Shown here one piece after another: positions 37,777-48,540 of a stretch of 64,000 nt of DNA; position 1 is the stretch's first letter, and every line of letters starts with the position of its first letter. Origin of the DNA: Takakia lepidozioides (taxonomy: Eukaryota; Plantae; Bryophyta); the NCBI GenBank assembly GCA_030704615.1, contig CM060732.1, positions 33,480,001-33,544,000 on the forward strand, read 5' to 3'. A program made the translations under genes and the position numbers. The notes beneath the pieces were generated by a model. The model did not search any database. It saw nothing but the letters and a program-made list of their open reading frames with translations, and was not told where the DNA came from.

Positions 37777-38497
37777 TGTCGCGGCCCTTTGCCTTGAGGG
37801 CAGGGGGTCGGGACACATGAGGGGCTGCCCGTGGTGGGGGCAGCGGCGGCGATAGGTATGGGGGGCTGAAGCACCCTTGAGTGCCCAAGGCACTCAAGGA
37901 GGCGGAGGCGCTCACTAGGTGGAGCCCCGCACACCGGGTTGCGGTGGAGGTGGCTCCACAAGGGGTGGTGGTAGCTTAGTGGGACTTAGTGGGGGTGGCA
38001 TAGGACTCACCATGGGGTGGAGACCTCGAGGTGGGAGTCGTGGGGAGTCTTGGGACTCATCACGGTCCATTGGGGCCGCGGTGAGTGGGCCAAGACTCAC
38101 CGCGACTCACCACCGGGAGTCGAGGGTTTTCGTGGTGGTTCGCCATAAAATGGCATGGCTGGTTATGAAACCCCCGCGGACAGCTACAGAAGTATATATA
38201 GGGAGTAGTAACCCCGAGAACGGTGCAAGCCCGTTGGTGACCAAAAACTAGTGAGTAAGCGAGCGAGCCGGAAAGCGACCAAAGAGTGGGGAGCTGTTCC
38301 GGACTGCCATCTACCAAGGGAATTCTCCTAGTCCCAAATAGGTGGAGGGTTTAGAGGGAAGCGGAAGGGGACCGTTATGTCCCGGTGAGCAGCCGAAACT
38401 CCAAGTTGGCCCGGCGGCCAGGTTGGGAGTCAGGCGCGCGCATCAAAGCGAGTAACTATGACTTGAAGGGGAGTTTATCGAATCGAGGTGTGCGACA
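37777..38497 (+). repeat. 3' LTR (721 bp)
   Basis: Preceded by purine-rich GGTAGGGG; matches the 5' LTR. Confidence 0.96.
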
Positions 38498-40430
38498 CAA
38501 TCGGAGATGCTTCTTTGGCAGGGAATAAACGAACAGATGGCCAAGGCGGGATTGCCCCCTCCCAATTTCCGTGGTTTCATGGCGGACAACGCACAAGCAA
38601 ATTGGGCTGCCATCCGAAGGGTGTACGGGCAAGACCCCAATGTTCCCATGGAAGGCAAGGAGAGATCTTGTGGGTTCCACTTTCTGCAGAGCCTTTCGCA
38701 GTACACAACCAGGCTCGTGGCGCCAGATTTCAGAGAGGAGCACCGTTCCATGTGCCTTGCGTGGAAGCGCGCTCCCACCTTGGATGATGCAGAGACACAG
38801 TTTGCATGCATACGGGCTTGGTGGACATCGTCAGGTGCTGTAAGGAAATCAGACGAAGGAGCAATGGTCAGTTGGCTAGCATGGTGGCATTATCGTTTCC
38901 TCCAGTTCGGCGACTATATGCGGGAGGTGAGTTGCACGAATTCGCGTCCCGTTGGATATTATTCTTGGCCATATTTGTAACTTGCTTGTAACCTCAACAT
39001 GTGCTTGTGCAGGAAATGTGTCTCGACTCCGACACCGACATGCCCACGACAAACATGGCCGAATCAGTGCACTCTTCCTGGCGTGCCTCCTCTGCGGCGC
39101 ATCTGGTGGACATCCTCACTGCCACAACGGAGGACATTGTGAGGTCAATTATGCAGCAATGCAGGTACAACGAGTTCTTGAAAGGGAAACAGTGGGGCTT
39201 GGGGCCGGACAGGCAGGAAATGCTGATGCGGACTGCCTCCAGATCGAAGAATCCTCGGAAGTGGGCGGCGGCCTTGCGAGAGGGCCTTCGGGACACGCCA
39301 TTGCTGCGAAGAGGCCAACATTTGGAAGGAGATGTTCATACCCGTCCAGTGAGACGAAGACTTGACGAGGCACCTGGCGGAGAAGAGGATTCATGGCGAG
39401 CTGACAAGAATATTCGCACGCTCCCTCGTGGTCCGGTGATGTTGTCCGAGGAGGTCTCGTCGAGCACCGGAAGTCCTGCACGTTCAAGATCGCCATCTCC
39501 TTTGAGCACAGGGCGCGTGCCCCGGCAACATAACGAGCCATCTGTAGTAAAACAATACAACATTCCCATTGTGGAGACAAGAGTGTCGGAGTCACAGTGG
39601 AGAATTGCGAGGACATTGCCGGCATTTCGAGGGAAGTGTTGCGCCATCCGGGTGGATACGAGAGCACGCTGTGGTGAGATGATTCGGAGGAACCCACACG
39701 GTGCTGTACCTGCACCTTGTTTCAGCGGCAGATTTTTGACTCCCACATTTGCTCACGCCACAACGCAGACATTTTGGTTCTGTAGGCACGACATAATGAC
39801 CTGTGTATTTGGCAAGCCCAAGTACGGGATTCAGGGAATGCCGGAGCCTCCGGGCGTCTGGCCTGTTGCACCGGGTTGCAGCCTCTCTCAGAATGAGGCG
39901 GATGCTCTATCTGCAGCAGGATTTCGAATGGTGCAACGCACAGACATCCCGGCCCACGCATTTCCGGTTCCTCAGACCCAGCCATTGCATACTGCTCGGT
40001 CCAGTAGAGACGGATTGGACAATTCTGCACATCCCACAATGCGATTCGGAAGAGTGAAGAGACGACACCCTCCCAACAAGTTGAATGAGACTCGGATTGC
40101 CAATGCTCTTGGGATGGCTTGCACTATTCAGAGCTCCGTGGACGTACCCCCACCCGGCCTTGGGCGTGTGTATCGGATGGCAACGGCCGGCTCGGCTGTA
40201 CGCGACGATGTATACACAATTACGATTGGAGTGGAGCCGACTTGCAACTGTACGGACTTCTCGTTGATGGAAGCAAAGAAGGGTTCGAAGTATTATCCGT
40301 GCAAGCATCTGTATTACATTTACCTCAAGAGGTTGAGATGAACGTGACTATTGATGACTTTATTCATGCACCGGCGTTGAGCGTGAACGAGCTGCACAAA
40401 CTCCTTCTTAGGGATTCCAGAAATCATTGA
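38498..40430 (+). CDS. MULE-B transposase, 3' part (DDE core and C-terminal SWIM finger)
   Basis: GFMADNAQANW (D2), ERSCGFHF (CxxH), intron at about 38927-39012, TTNMAESVH (E), PTCNCTDF...YYPCKHLYY (SWIM). A 1-bp frameshift near 40338 is absent from the copy at 62412-63248. Confidence 0.88.
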
Positions 40431-40579
40431 TGGGGCAAACGGAATCCTCCATATGGATATTTTCAAATGCATTTTGCTGTATCAGACTTTTTTTTGCAGT
40501 GTAATGAAATGCACCCCAAAACTCCTGGAATGAGGCAATATTCCATTCAAACTGAGATCCAACAGAAGCAGTTCTGGGG

Positions 40580-40945
40580 CCATTTCTGGAAAAATGGCGC
40601 CGAATTACTCTTTTTGGGGCCGAAAACTCGCTAAGTCCCAACATGCACTGGTACCTGTGTTTGGGAAAATGGCGCCGAATTTCTCTTTTTGGGGCCGAAA
40701 ACTGGCTAAGTCCCAACATGCACTGGTACCGTGTCTGGAAAAATGGCGCCGAATTTCTCTTTTTTTTGGGCCGAAAACTGGCTAAGTCCGAACATGCACT
40801 GGAAAAATGGCGCCGAATTACCTGTCATGAGGGGACCTATAGCCGCGGAATTCGGCACCATTTTTCGCCAGAGAGACCTATTGCCGCGAAATACGTCGCC
40901 GTTTTTTCAGGTTACGGACCCTATTACCGCGAAATTCGGCGCCAT
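40580..40945. repeat. Subterminal 74-75-bp repeat of MULE-B with GGCGCCGAATT and GCTAAGTCC motifs
   Basis: gaaaaatggcgccgaatttctctttttggggccgaaaactggctaagtcccaacatgcactgg occurs 3-4 times. Confidence 0.9.
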
Positions 40946-41183
40946 ATTTGCACATGTCGCTAGGAATTGGCATGAGCGGAAGACAAAATATCATGAGCAC
41001 AACTGTCAAAAGTGCAATTTTCCTTCAAGGGGCCGAATAATATATTTTTGTTTTTTCTGACACATTGCATTAAATTATTGTTTTTTATTGTTTTTTATTT
41101 TCGAAATTTGTACTTCTGCTCATGAAAACCGATTGTGTTACTACTCTGCTCATGCCGCTCATGCTCATGAAATAGCAAACCTC

Positions 41184-41676
41184 TCGCATTGTTGGTGCAC
41201 TTGTCAACTGGACCATAGCAGCATTGATACCTGGACATAAAAATCACAATGGATATCCATCAACTTGTGGAAGCATGAAATCACAGAACGTGGGAATGAA
41301 AAATGGCAACAGACATGCAATCAGACTACAAAAGGACGATGAGGATGGAGCACACATGATACTGTTCAAAGAACTGCTGGCTCTCGGCTCTTTTAGCATG
41401 ACGGGTTGCACTTTAGTATGGACATTCACCCAAAACTGAGTGGGGTAGTCCACCAAACTCTCCTCTCCAAGGAGAAAGTCGTCAACTCTATCCCACGTAT
41501 GCAGGCCTTCAGAACATTCTATCTGGCACCCATATAACCATATTGTGTGTCTCTCTTCCATTGGAGGTCCTTCCTGTTGAAGGGTCCTGGTTTGGGTGTC
41601 TGCAAACTTTGTCGAGAGGCCGTATAATCCAGCATCCCGTTTTTAGTATATCATCACCTTCTGCTTCCACGTCCAT
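41184..41676 (-). pseudogene. MULE-A transposase, 5' part
   Basis: MDVEAEG...WDRVDDFLLGEESLVDYPTQFWV...|YQCCYGPVD. It resembles the N-terminus of plant SWIM-finger MULE-derived proteins (RVDDF.GE...YWCSFGP.D) and continues in frame at 19632. Confidence 0.8.
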
Positions 41677-41960
41677 GCCATGTACAGTACAGAGGACACA
41701 CTTCAGAACCTGCAAGAAACGCGCCGTAGTACACTGGACACGATGGACAACGTGCAAGGAGCATCAGTGCGCACGTTTGCGGCTGCTGGCAAGTGGCAGG
41801 CGGTAGGGATAAGGTTTCAATTCATGCCCTAAAAATGGAGGGCTCAGATGGCATTTGCGAACGGACGGTCTAGATGCGGCATCATCAGTGGACTGGAGGA
41901 AAGCGGATTCATGGGCGGCGGACTGGCGGGCACACTGTTGGGTGGACTAGCCGGGACTGG

Positions 41961-42345
41961 CATGGATGGCGCAGATTGGTTTCTCAGAATGGACGATCCA
42001 GATCCTTCGGCCGGCGCGGACTGGCAAACTGGCAGACTGGGGGGCAGCAGACGGGCACAGTGGACTGTTGGGTGGACTTGCGAGGACTGGCACAACGGAC
42101 TGGCGTGCACAGCAAACTGGCCGGCAGACTGGTGGTTTGGCGGACTGAGGGGAACTGGATTCACGGGCAGCGGACTGACGGCCGGACTGGCCGCGCCGGA
42201 CTGGGGGCGCGGCTGGTGGGGCCGTGGCAGCAGGTGGGCGACCGCGCGTAGCGGCGGGCGGGGGGAGCCGGGCGTCCGTGCGCGGGGCCCACCGGTCAGC
42301 TCGCGCGTTGCGCTATAACGTCCCAATTATTGTAAAATGAGAGGC
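41961..42345 (-). repeat. MULE-A right TIR
   Basis: Reverse complement of 7238-7627. Confidence 0.92.
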
Positions 42346-42734
42346 TTAGAAAATCGCCAAAAAGTAGGAATAGAAGTAATTAAATATAGGATTTTAATTT
42401 TTTAATTTTTTTAAATTTTTTGGTGAAAGGGGATGAGGCCCTTGTTAGTATTATTGAATATTATTGAAGGGAAAAAAATTAAAACCCTTACATGCCCGTA
42501 GGCTGCCATGAGGCCTATCACACGATAATCGTGATGGAGAATCCAGGAGAATAGAGACTGGATGCCCGCCATGAGGCAAAGAGCTGATTTCTGTCTAGGA
42601 CCTAGAACAGAAGCAGCGCCCAAGCTAGGGATCTGACTTAAGAGGACGAGACTGAAGGCGAAAAAAGGGGGGCGTTAAGACCAAAATGACCAAGGTGACA
42701 GACGGATTGATGATGAGGAAGACCGAACTGCATC

Positions 42735-45700
42735 AGACGAATTTCCTGGACTTCCTCCTCCTCCTCTTCCTCCTCTTCCTCCTCCCCTTCCACGTCCTCT
42801 TCTGCGTTGTTGGGATCCTCAGTCGGAGGCAGACGCTGTAGGCCCGCCAAATTGAAATCGTACAAGGCCGTATCCCCCTCAAATGAGAACACAAATCGGT
42901 TGGACATCCTTCCCGCCCACATACAGGCACCTGCGAATTCATATGACACAACCACAACCAAAGTCAAGAATGACTCGCTTCCTCGCGCAAGCAAACAAAG
43001 ACAATCGGAAACGGTGTCAATTTCGGTGCCGCAATCACTTAACGCTCTCACTTGTATTAGCAGTGACGTCGAGGACCCTGCCTTCAACATCCGTACATGT
43101 TTCCATGAGCGTCTAGATGAATGCAGGATTCCTGGTCCTGCCATACCTCCAAGGCTTGCCCAACAAATCACAAAGCATGTCCTTCTCTCCCACATGGTTG
43201 AACAGGACGTTATACTCCAGTGGATCAACTGTGGAATCAACAAGTCTACTACTTGACGTAATTTGAATTTCGAATGTTCCTTCACGAAGCAGAATGCCTA
43301 AAAGACAAGAGTCTGCAAAGAAGGAAATGAGAACGTGAGAGGTGGCCTACACGTACATGGGCAATTTCGGCACAGAAATTGGCAGAACAGAGGAGAACCG
43401 CAACATACATTCTGACCATCATTGAGAAGACCATGCGTGTTGATGCAAATCCAAATCTTTTTCTGGATGGGTGCTGCACTTCTCCCCGTCCATACTTTGA
43501 TATCATTCTAAGTGACTTCTCCATCGGCTGCTAGCACAACAACACAGCCGTCGTCGTCCAACATGTTGACTGTGAACCCGAATGTGTGGCTCCAGTATCT
43601 TTCATCGTACTTGTTCCACCAGGGTAGTGAGCCCAGTATCTCCTGCCCATCCGGGATATCCACAAAGATCATGTCGATGGAGGCTTTCACCACCCTGCCC
43701 CCGACTGTGCTCTTTTTGCCGTGGCTCATCGCCACAAAATACTCCATCATCTTTGTGTAGCCGGGAGTGTCCTCGATATCATTGCCAGTGGCCTTCCTCT
43801 TCCCCTTCCCCTGGTGGGCCTCGATCGCCTTCCTCAATCTCGTTTTCTCCAGCCTTCTGGTCAGAGCAGTTAGGAAATTTTCATTAACACACTCCACAAT
43901 TGTGGGTGTTTTGAGGACTTCCCTGCCCGCAATGTGCACCGCACAATAGGGTCTACCAGGTGCATCCTCGTATAGTGATCTCTTCGCAGCCAAACCCCCG
44001 GAGTGCTGGCCCTTGTGAATTTTCGGACGAGGTGTGGCCCCCTGGATGTTATCCTGCTGGAAATCGTCGTCGGAATCCTCGTCATCTGGCTGACTATGTT
44101 GCTGCTTCTTCTTCTTGGGTGTGGGGGTCTTCGTCTCTTGCCTCTATTTGCGCATTCTTTTCTTCCTGTCCTTGGGCTGCTCAGCTGCCTGCTTCTCCAT
44201 CTGCTCCTTCGCCAACGCTGCCGCCTTGGCTGACTTTCTCAGTGCTTTCTGCTTTGCTGCCTCCTCTGCTTTCAGTCTTTCCGCGTCCTCTGGTTGGGGA
44301 TCCGATTGCGCCTTCATAGCCCGGGCATTCGCTTCCTTCTTCAAGTTAACCTCAGAGAGGTCAACCGGTCCCACTTGGGAGATCCACATACCACGGACAG
44401 TCTACCAAATGCTCGGCATGCCACTCCTTCGCCATTACTTCTGTGTATATCGTACCACGACCTCAAGGTGTCCTCCACGCCAGGAAGAATGGTGGAACCC
44501 TTTGAATGGCTCCGGACGGAATGAGTGCAAAGTTTATGTACCTGCAATCACGAGGCAGTTCAACAAAAATCATTCTACTGATGCATCATGCAAGAGGAAG
44601 TTCTCAATGCATAAGGTATTTCGGCACCGAAATACGCAGTGGACCGTGCCCCAATTACCGAGCACTCACATCTTGCAGAGGTATATTTTGGCGCCGCAAT
44701 ACCCACCGCTGCTTAGCTAAATCCTCAAAAATGCAAATAGGGGGATGCATTGGCAGCAGATTACCTAAACAAGACACGCATTGCCGCTTTGTCAGCACCC
44801 TCCTGCTCTTCGATGTATACGTTGCGTCTTGCCTTTGCAATTTCTCCGAAAAACAGGTTTGCGAAGCGCCCCCCTCGCCAGGACTGCACGTAGTTCTCCA
44901 TTGTCTCCGGTTTCGTCTAGTCGATCTGTAACTTGAAAGTGGTGGTGTTGCAATCCAATTGCTCCAGGGCGTGGGTCAGTACCTGCAGCAGTGCAGGTTT
45001 CCAAAACATTCATGAATTTGAAATTGCGATGATGTCCAACACACAGAAGAGGAGGAAATTATACCTGATGCCACCAAGTCATCACATTGAGCCAGTCGTT
45101 CATTTTGTCGTCTGTTGGCTCGATGGGAAAGTGGTACAGTAGCTTCGTGTTTGTATGGCCGTTCCAGATTCGTAGCCACCTCGTCTACATGGCCTAACAT
45201 CGGTCAGACATAAGAACCTCATCATGAGAATCGCGAGAAGACACAAAACAAGAACAAACACACGCTAACCTTTTCCGTCGGCTCAACACAGGACACTGCG
45301 ATGTGATGAAGTTTCTTCATGGACATTTCCGGTTTCATGGGTCTGGAGTAATGTAGTCCTATCTCCGCCAGGAACTCGGCACCAAGACCAGGGTCAGCGA
45401 TTGCAACTTGCTTCACAAGTTTGGACCTGTACTTGGTCCGTGATTGCCTCCCTGCCTGCACAATGTGACTCTCTATCGACGCGTCCGCCTTGTTGGGGGC
45501 ATCACTCTCAAAGAACTGCCTTTTGGCATAGGCCAAGTCATCCCTGATGTTCGTCAGCATTCCCATACCCAGCGGATATAGTCAGGCCACTGATCCCTGC
45601 AACAAATAGCATTAAATCGGGAAATTTGAGATGAACCTCACCGAATAGAGGATCTCCACCATGGCGTCCAGTGTTGGTCGGTACCAGGTGCGATCCGCTT

Positions 45701-47022
45701 TCACAAGGGACTTCCTGTACAACTCCGGATCGAGGGATTTTTGGAAGTCCGTCAGCGGTGTTGTGCCCACTTCTTACACTCTGTAGACCGTATGTGCCAG
45801 ATGAGTTTCCACGAAGGCCCTCTCTGTTACCCTGCCATGGAGAAAAAATAAAGGAACAACATGAAAATATGATACAAAAATAATCAGATTTCGGCACAGC
45901 AATCCAATTTCCAGTTCATAGAGTGCATGACAGTCAAGAACATTGTCTATTTCGGCGCTGCAATAGGCAGTACACATGGATGTAGTTGTATACTTACATA
46001 TTTATATCCGCCATGGTACCCTTCAGTAGTCCTCTGTCCCTGACGTCCACCTTCACGACAATGCAGTCCACCATGTAATGCCAATTGATGTCTTGCGGAT
46101 GCATTTCAGCAATGTACTCTGTCCAGGCAAGCATCCAGTGGTTCCCGTCCCAAACGAAAAACATCTTCCCTGCCATGTGTGCGAATGTGGGATTAGTCTT
46201 CAGAGAGGCTTCAAACTTGGCATTTACAGTGTGCCATTGGGGGCTCCAATTCTGAAGCTCCTCTGCAGTGGGGCCCTTTGTGACACCCTGGTCATTCTCA
46301 ATGGAAACGTAGAATGCTGTCGACCCCCATCTGTACCCCTCTCTAAAGTTGTGCTTCAGTCGATCGATGTCCCCTGGTAGTGCTTGCTTTACAACTGGAA
46401 GGCTAACCATGCGACACAAAGGAACTTTGAGGTTCTCCGGATACACCATGGAGCCCAAAACGCGGCCTATGTTGCTATGAGTCTCTGCCAGCAACCTGTT
46501 TGCTGCTATGTCCATGTTTCGTGCGCTCATGAGCATATCCGCCACCAGTTTCTTACTTCTATCACCTCTCTCACTTCCCTCACCCCTCTCACCAGCCTGT
46601 CTACTGTCCTGGAGGTTTTGCTCCTCCGCAAGCTCCAGCAAGTTCTGATCTCCTGGGAAGTCGTCAAGTCGCACCACGTTGTCGTCCTCTGCTTCTGTCA
46701 GCTGAATGGGCCGCCCTTCTGCAGATCCGAGTCCGACATCTCCAGCGGCCTCCACCGCATCCGTGTTTTCTGAAACTGCCTGCAAACCCAATATCTCCGC
46801 TTCCAGTCTCCCAAGTGGTTTTACTGGCGAAGCCATGGGCTCCTTTTGCTTCCTCGGCTTCCAGACTCTAGGTGGGCTTTTCTGAGGCGATTTCTGAGGT
46901 GTTCTCTGAGGAGTTGCCTACCTCGATGCATTTCCACCTTGCGAGCGCAGCACCCGGGCAAGAGCATCCAAAGTTGACTGTGTTGGCTCGCCCCCCTGCG
47001 ATCCCTCCCCAGCTCCCATGTC
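42735..47022 (-). pseudogene. Diverged paralog of the ParB-methyltransferase gene (decayed, truncated at both ends)
   Basis: Colinear with 19878-26392: ETHSNIGRVLGSMVYP, FFVWDGNHWMLAW, VAIADPGLGAEFL, PPFFLAWR, DMIFVDIPDG, GKPWRYGRTRNPAFI*TLMETCTDVEGRVLDVTANT|...FSFEGD. Intron positions are shared, and there are several in-frame stops. Confidence 0.88.
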
Positions 47023-47044
47023 AAACAAACAGGAAAACATGACT

Positions 47045-47290
47045 GCAACTCACTTTGGCCCCTTCGTATAAGGGAGTTTTGGCTTCTTTTTCCATGTCAT
47101 TCAAAGAGTCTGTGTCCTTATCTACCATCTCATGCATTAAGAGGTCCTCCATTGCTGCCACATCCTCATGCATAATTCCATTGTCATTGTTGTCCTCATC
47201 ATTAGAGACCGCCATTTCAGACGAGGTCGGGTCCCTTTGACATGCACCCCCCTCCGAAGGAACAAAATCCCGGTTCATGACAAGATCATG
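47045..47290 (-). pseudogene. CACTA/EnSpm transposase N-terminal-like fragment
   Basis: Acidic stretch followed by EKEAKTPLYEGAKVS, resembling the A..PLY.G motif upstream of the Tnp2 domain. Confidence 0.5.
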
Positions 47291-47647
47291 TGAACTTCAT
47301 GAATTAACGCCGTGGGGTTGTGGCCGGCATCCTAAGATGCCAAAAACAACCATGTCATTATCAGTTTCCATACGTGGCGTTGTTCATTATCATACGAGAT
47401 AAAACCCAAAGTACACATTATACACATGAGGGGAATACATACATATTGCTTCACCACATGAAGGAGACATTATATAATTCAAAATACCCAAATTCACATA
47501 TAACGTCCATCCAAACTCCCTTGCATATAGCATGAAAAATTGCATCCAAATACACATCAATGCCTATGTATATAAATACACGGTGGAGGAAGCCACCTCA
47601 ATGTACAAAATGTCTTCCTACGTCCATCTACACATGATGAAACTCGG

Positions 47648-48540
47648 CTAACGCCTAAAGTCATACTCTGCAAACAACTCCTCTCCAGCCCTACCTCCTC
47701 GCACATGTCATCACAAAAATGGTGATGTTAGGGTCCAATCTACTATCCCCATCACGAATGGGGATGTCAGGATACTCTGTAAGGAGGGAAGACTGAAAGA
47801 GGCGCTGCACATTCTGGAAAAGGAGGCGTTTTGATCCCAAAACACGTTGGCGGTGTGAACTATTGAACCGGTAACTGAACTATTGATGAGCCTAGCCACG
47901 TTGCCATACACATCGGGGTTTTCGTCACAATAAATATGGGCTTTGCGGCCCAAATTTCTCCCCCTTACATCATTGTCGTTCACAACAAGGATGTAAGGAT
48001 GGATCAAGGACCCAAGGCCGTGTGTCTGCAATAATTGCCACTCCCGGTGGGTGTACCTCAGCCCAAAATAGGAGAACAAATCCACAGAATTCTCTCCTCT
48101 CCCCAAAACTACATCCTCCATAAAAAAAAGTCCGCGACCCATACTAGGGTCTATTGCCTCCATCACGCAATACATGCGACCCCAAAAAAGAAAGGGCTCA
48201 CCCTCGGGAATCGGAACTGGACAAGGCACAAGACATTGGTAGAAATGGGGTTGGACTCCCATCGTGAATAGCTCCCTAGCACCACGATGACGTATGGTGC
48301 TGTCATCAGGCCGGCAAAGGCGCGGACCAACCGTGCGAAACAACTTTGGTCCACCTCTCCTAGGGGGCGGCGCCCGTCCATCACTTCGGGGGCCCTTCTC
48401 CCGGAGTGGGAACCTAGTGATCCATCGGTCCCAGTCATACACAGTCCCCAAAGGTGGTGGGATCCATCGGGGTTATGCCGGAGGACCCGGATACGGACTC
48501 GGTGGCGGCTGTGGTCTTGGCAATGGATGGGAAGGGACAC
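47648..48540 (-). pseudogene. SET-domain protein pseudogene
   Basis: SMGRGLFF...LFSYFG, YGNVARLINSS...AN, and after a short insertion FVMTCARR..RAGEELFAEYDF. These correspond to the GxGLF, YxG, RFINHS and GEELxxDY SET motifs. Confidence 0.75.
47720..47830 (+). other. Short PPR-gene-like fragment inserted antisense in the SET pseudogene
   Basis: Translates NGDVRILCKEGRLKEALHILE, which resembles the start of plant PLS-class PPR arrays. Confidence 0.45.

Larger units (their letters stand above)
31543..38497 (+). mobile_element. Full-length Ty3/gypsy chromovirus LTR retrotransposon
   Basis: TGTCGC...GCGACA LTRs, 5-bp TSD CAATC (31538-31542 and 38498-38502), PBS TGGTATCAGAGC, and gag-PR-RT-RH-IN-chromodomain order. 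Confidence 0.97.
19642..41183 (+). mobile_element. MULE-B: short-TIR Mutator-like element carrying a ParB-methyltransferase gene and palindrome arrays
   Basis: The ends are GGGGGCTGCTATTTCATGAGC and GCTCATGAAATAGCAAACCTC, an imperfect TIR with CATGAG(CGG) subterminal repeats. A perfect 9-bp TSD TCGCATTGT lies at 19633-19641 and 41184-41192. Removing the element restores the MULE-A transposase frame (CCYGPVDKCTNNAI-VEDPKLK). Confidence 0.95.
7238..42345 (-). mobile_element. MULE-A: long-TIR Mutator-like DNA transposon carrying a Ulp1-type protease, with nested insertions
   Basis: The ends GCCTCTCATTTTACAATAATTGGGACGTTAT... and ...ATAACGTCCCAATTATTGTAAAATGAGAGGC are inverted repeats. A perfect 9-bp TSD TTAGAAAAT lies at 7229-7237 and 42346-42354. 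The element contains a DDE+SWIM transposase. Confidence 0.95.

Noticed and set aside
42400-42735. Terminus of the element carrying the second ParB-MTase
   Set aside because: No TIR, CACTA end or TSD was found; the gene appears truncated against an unrelated fragment.
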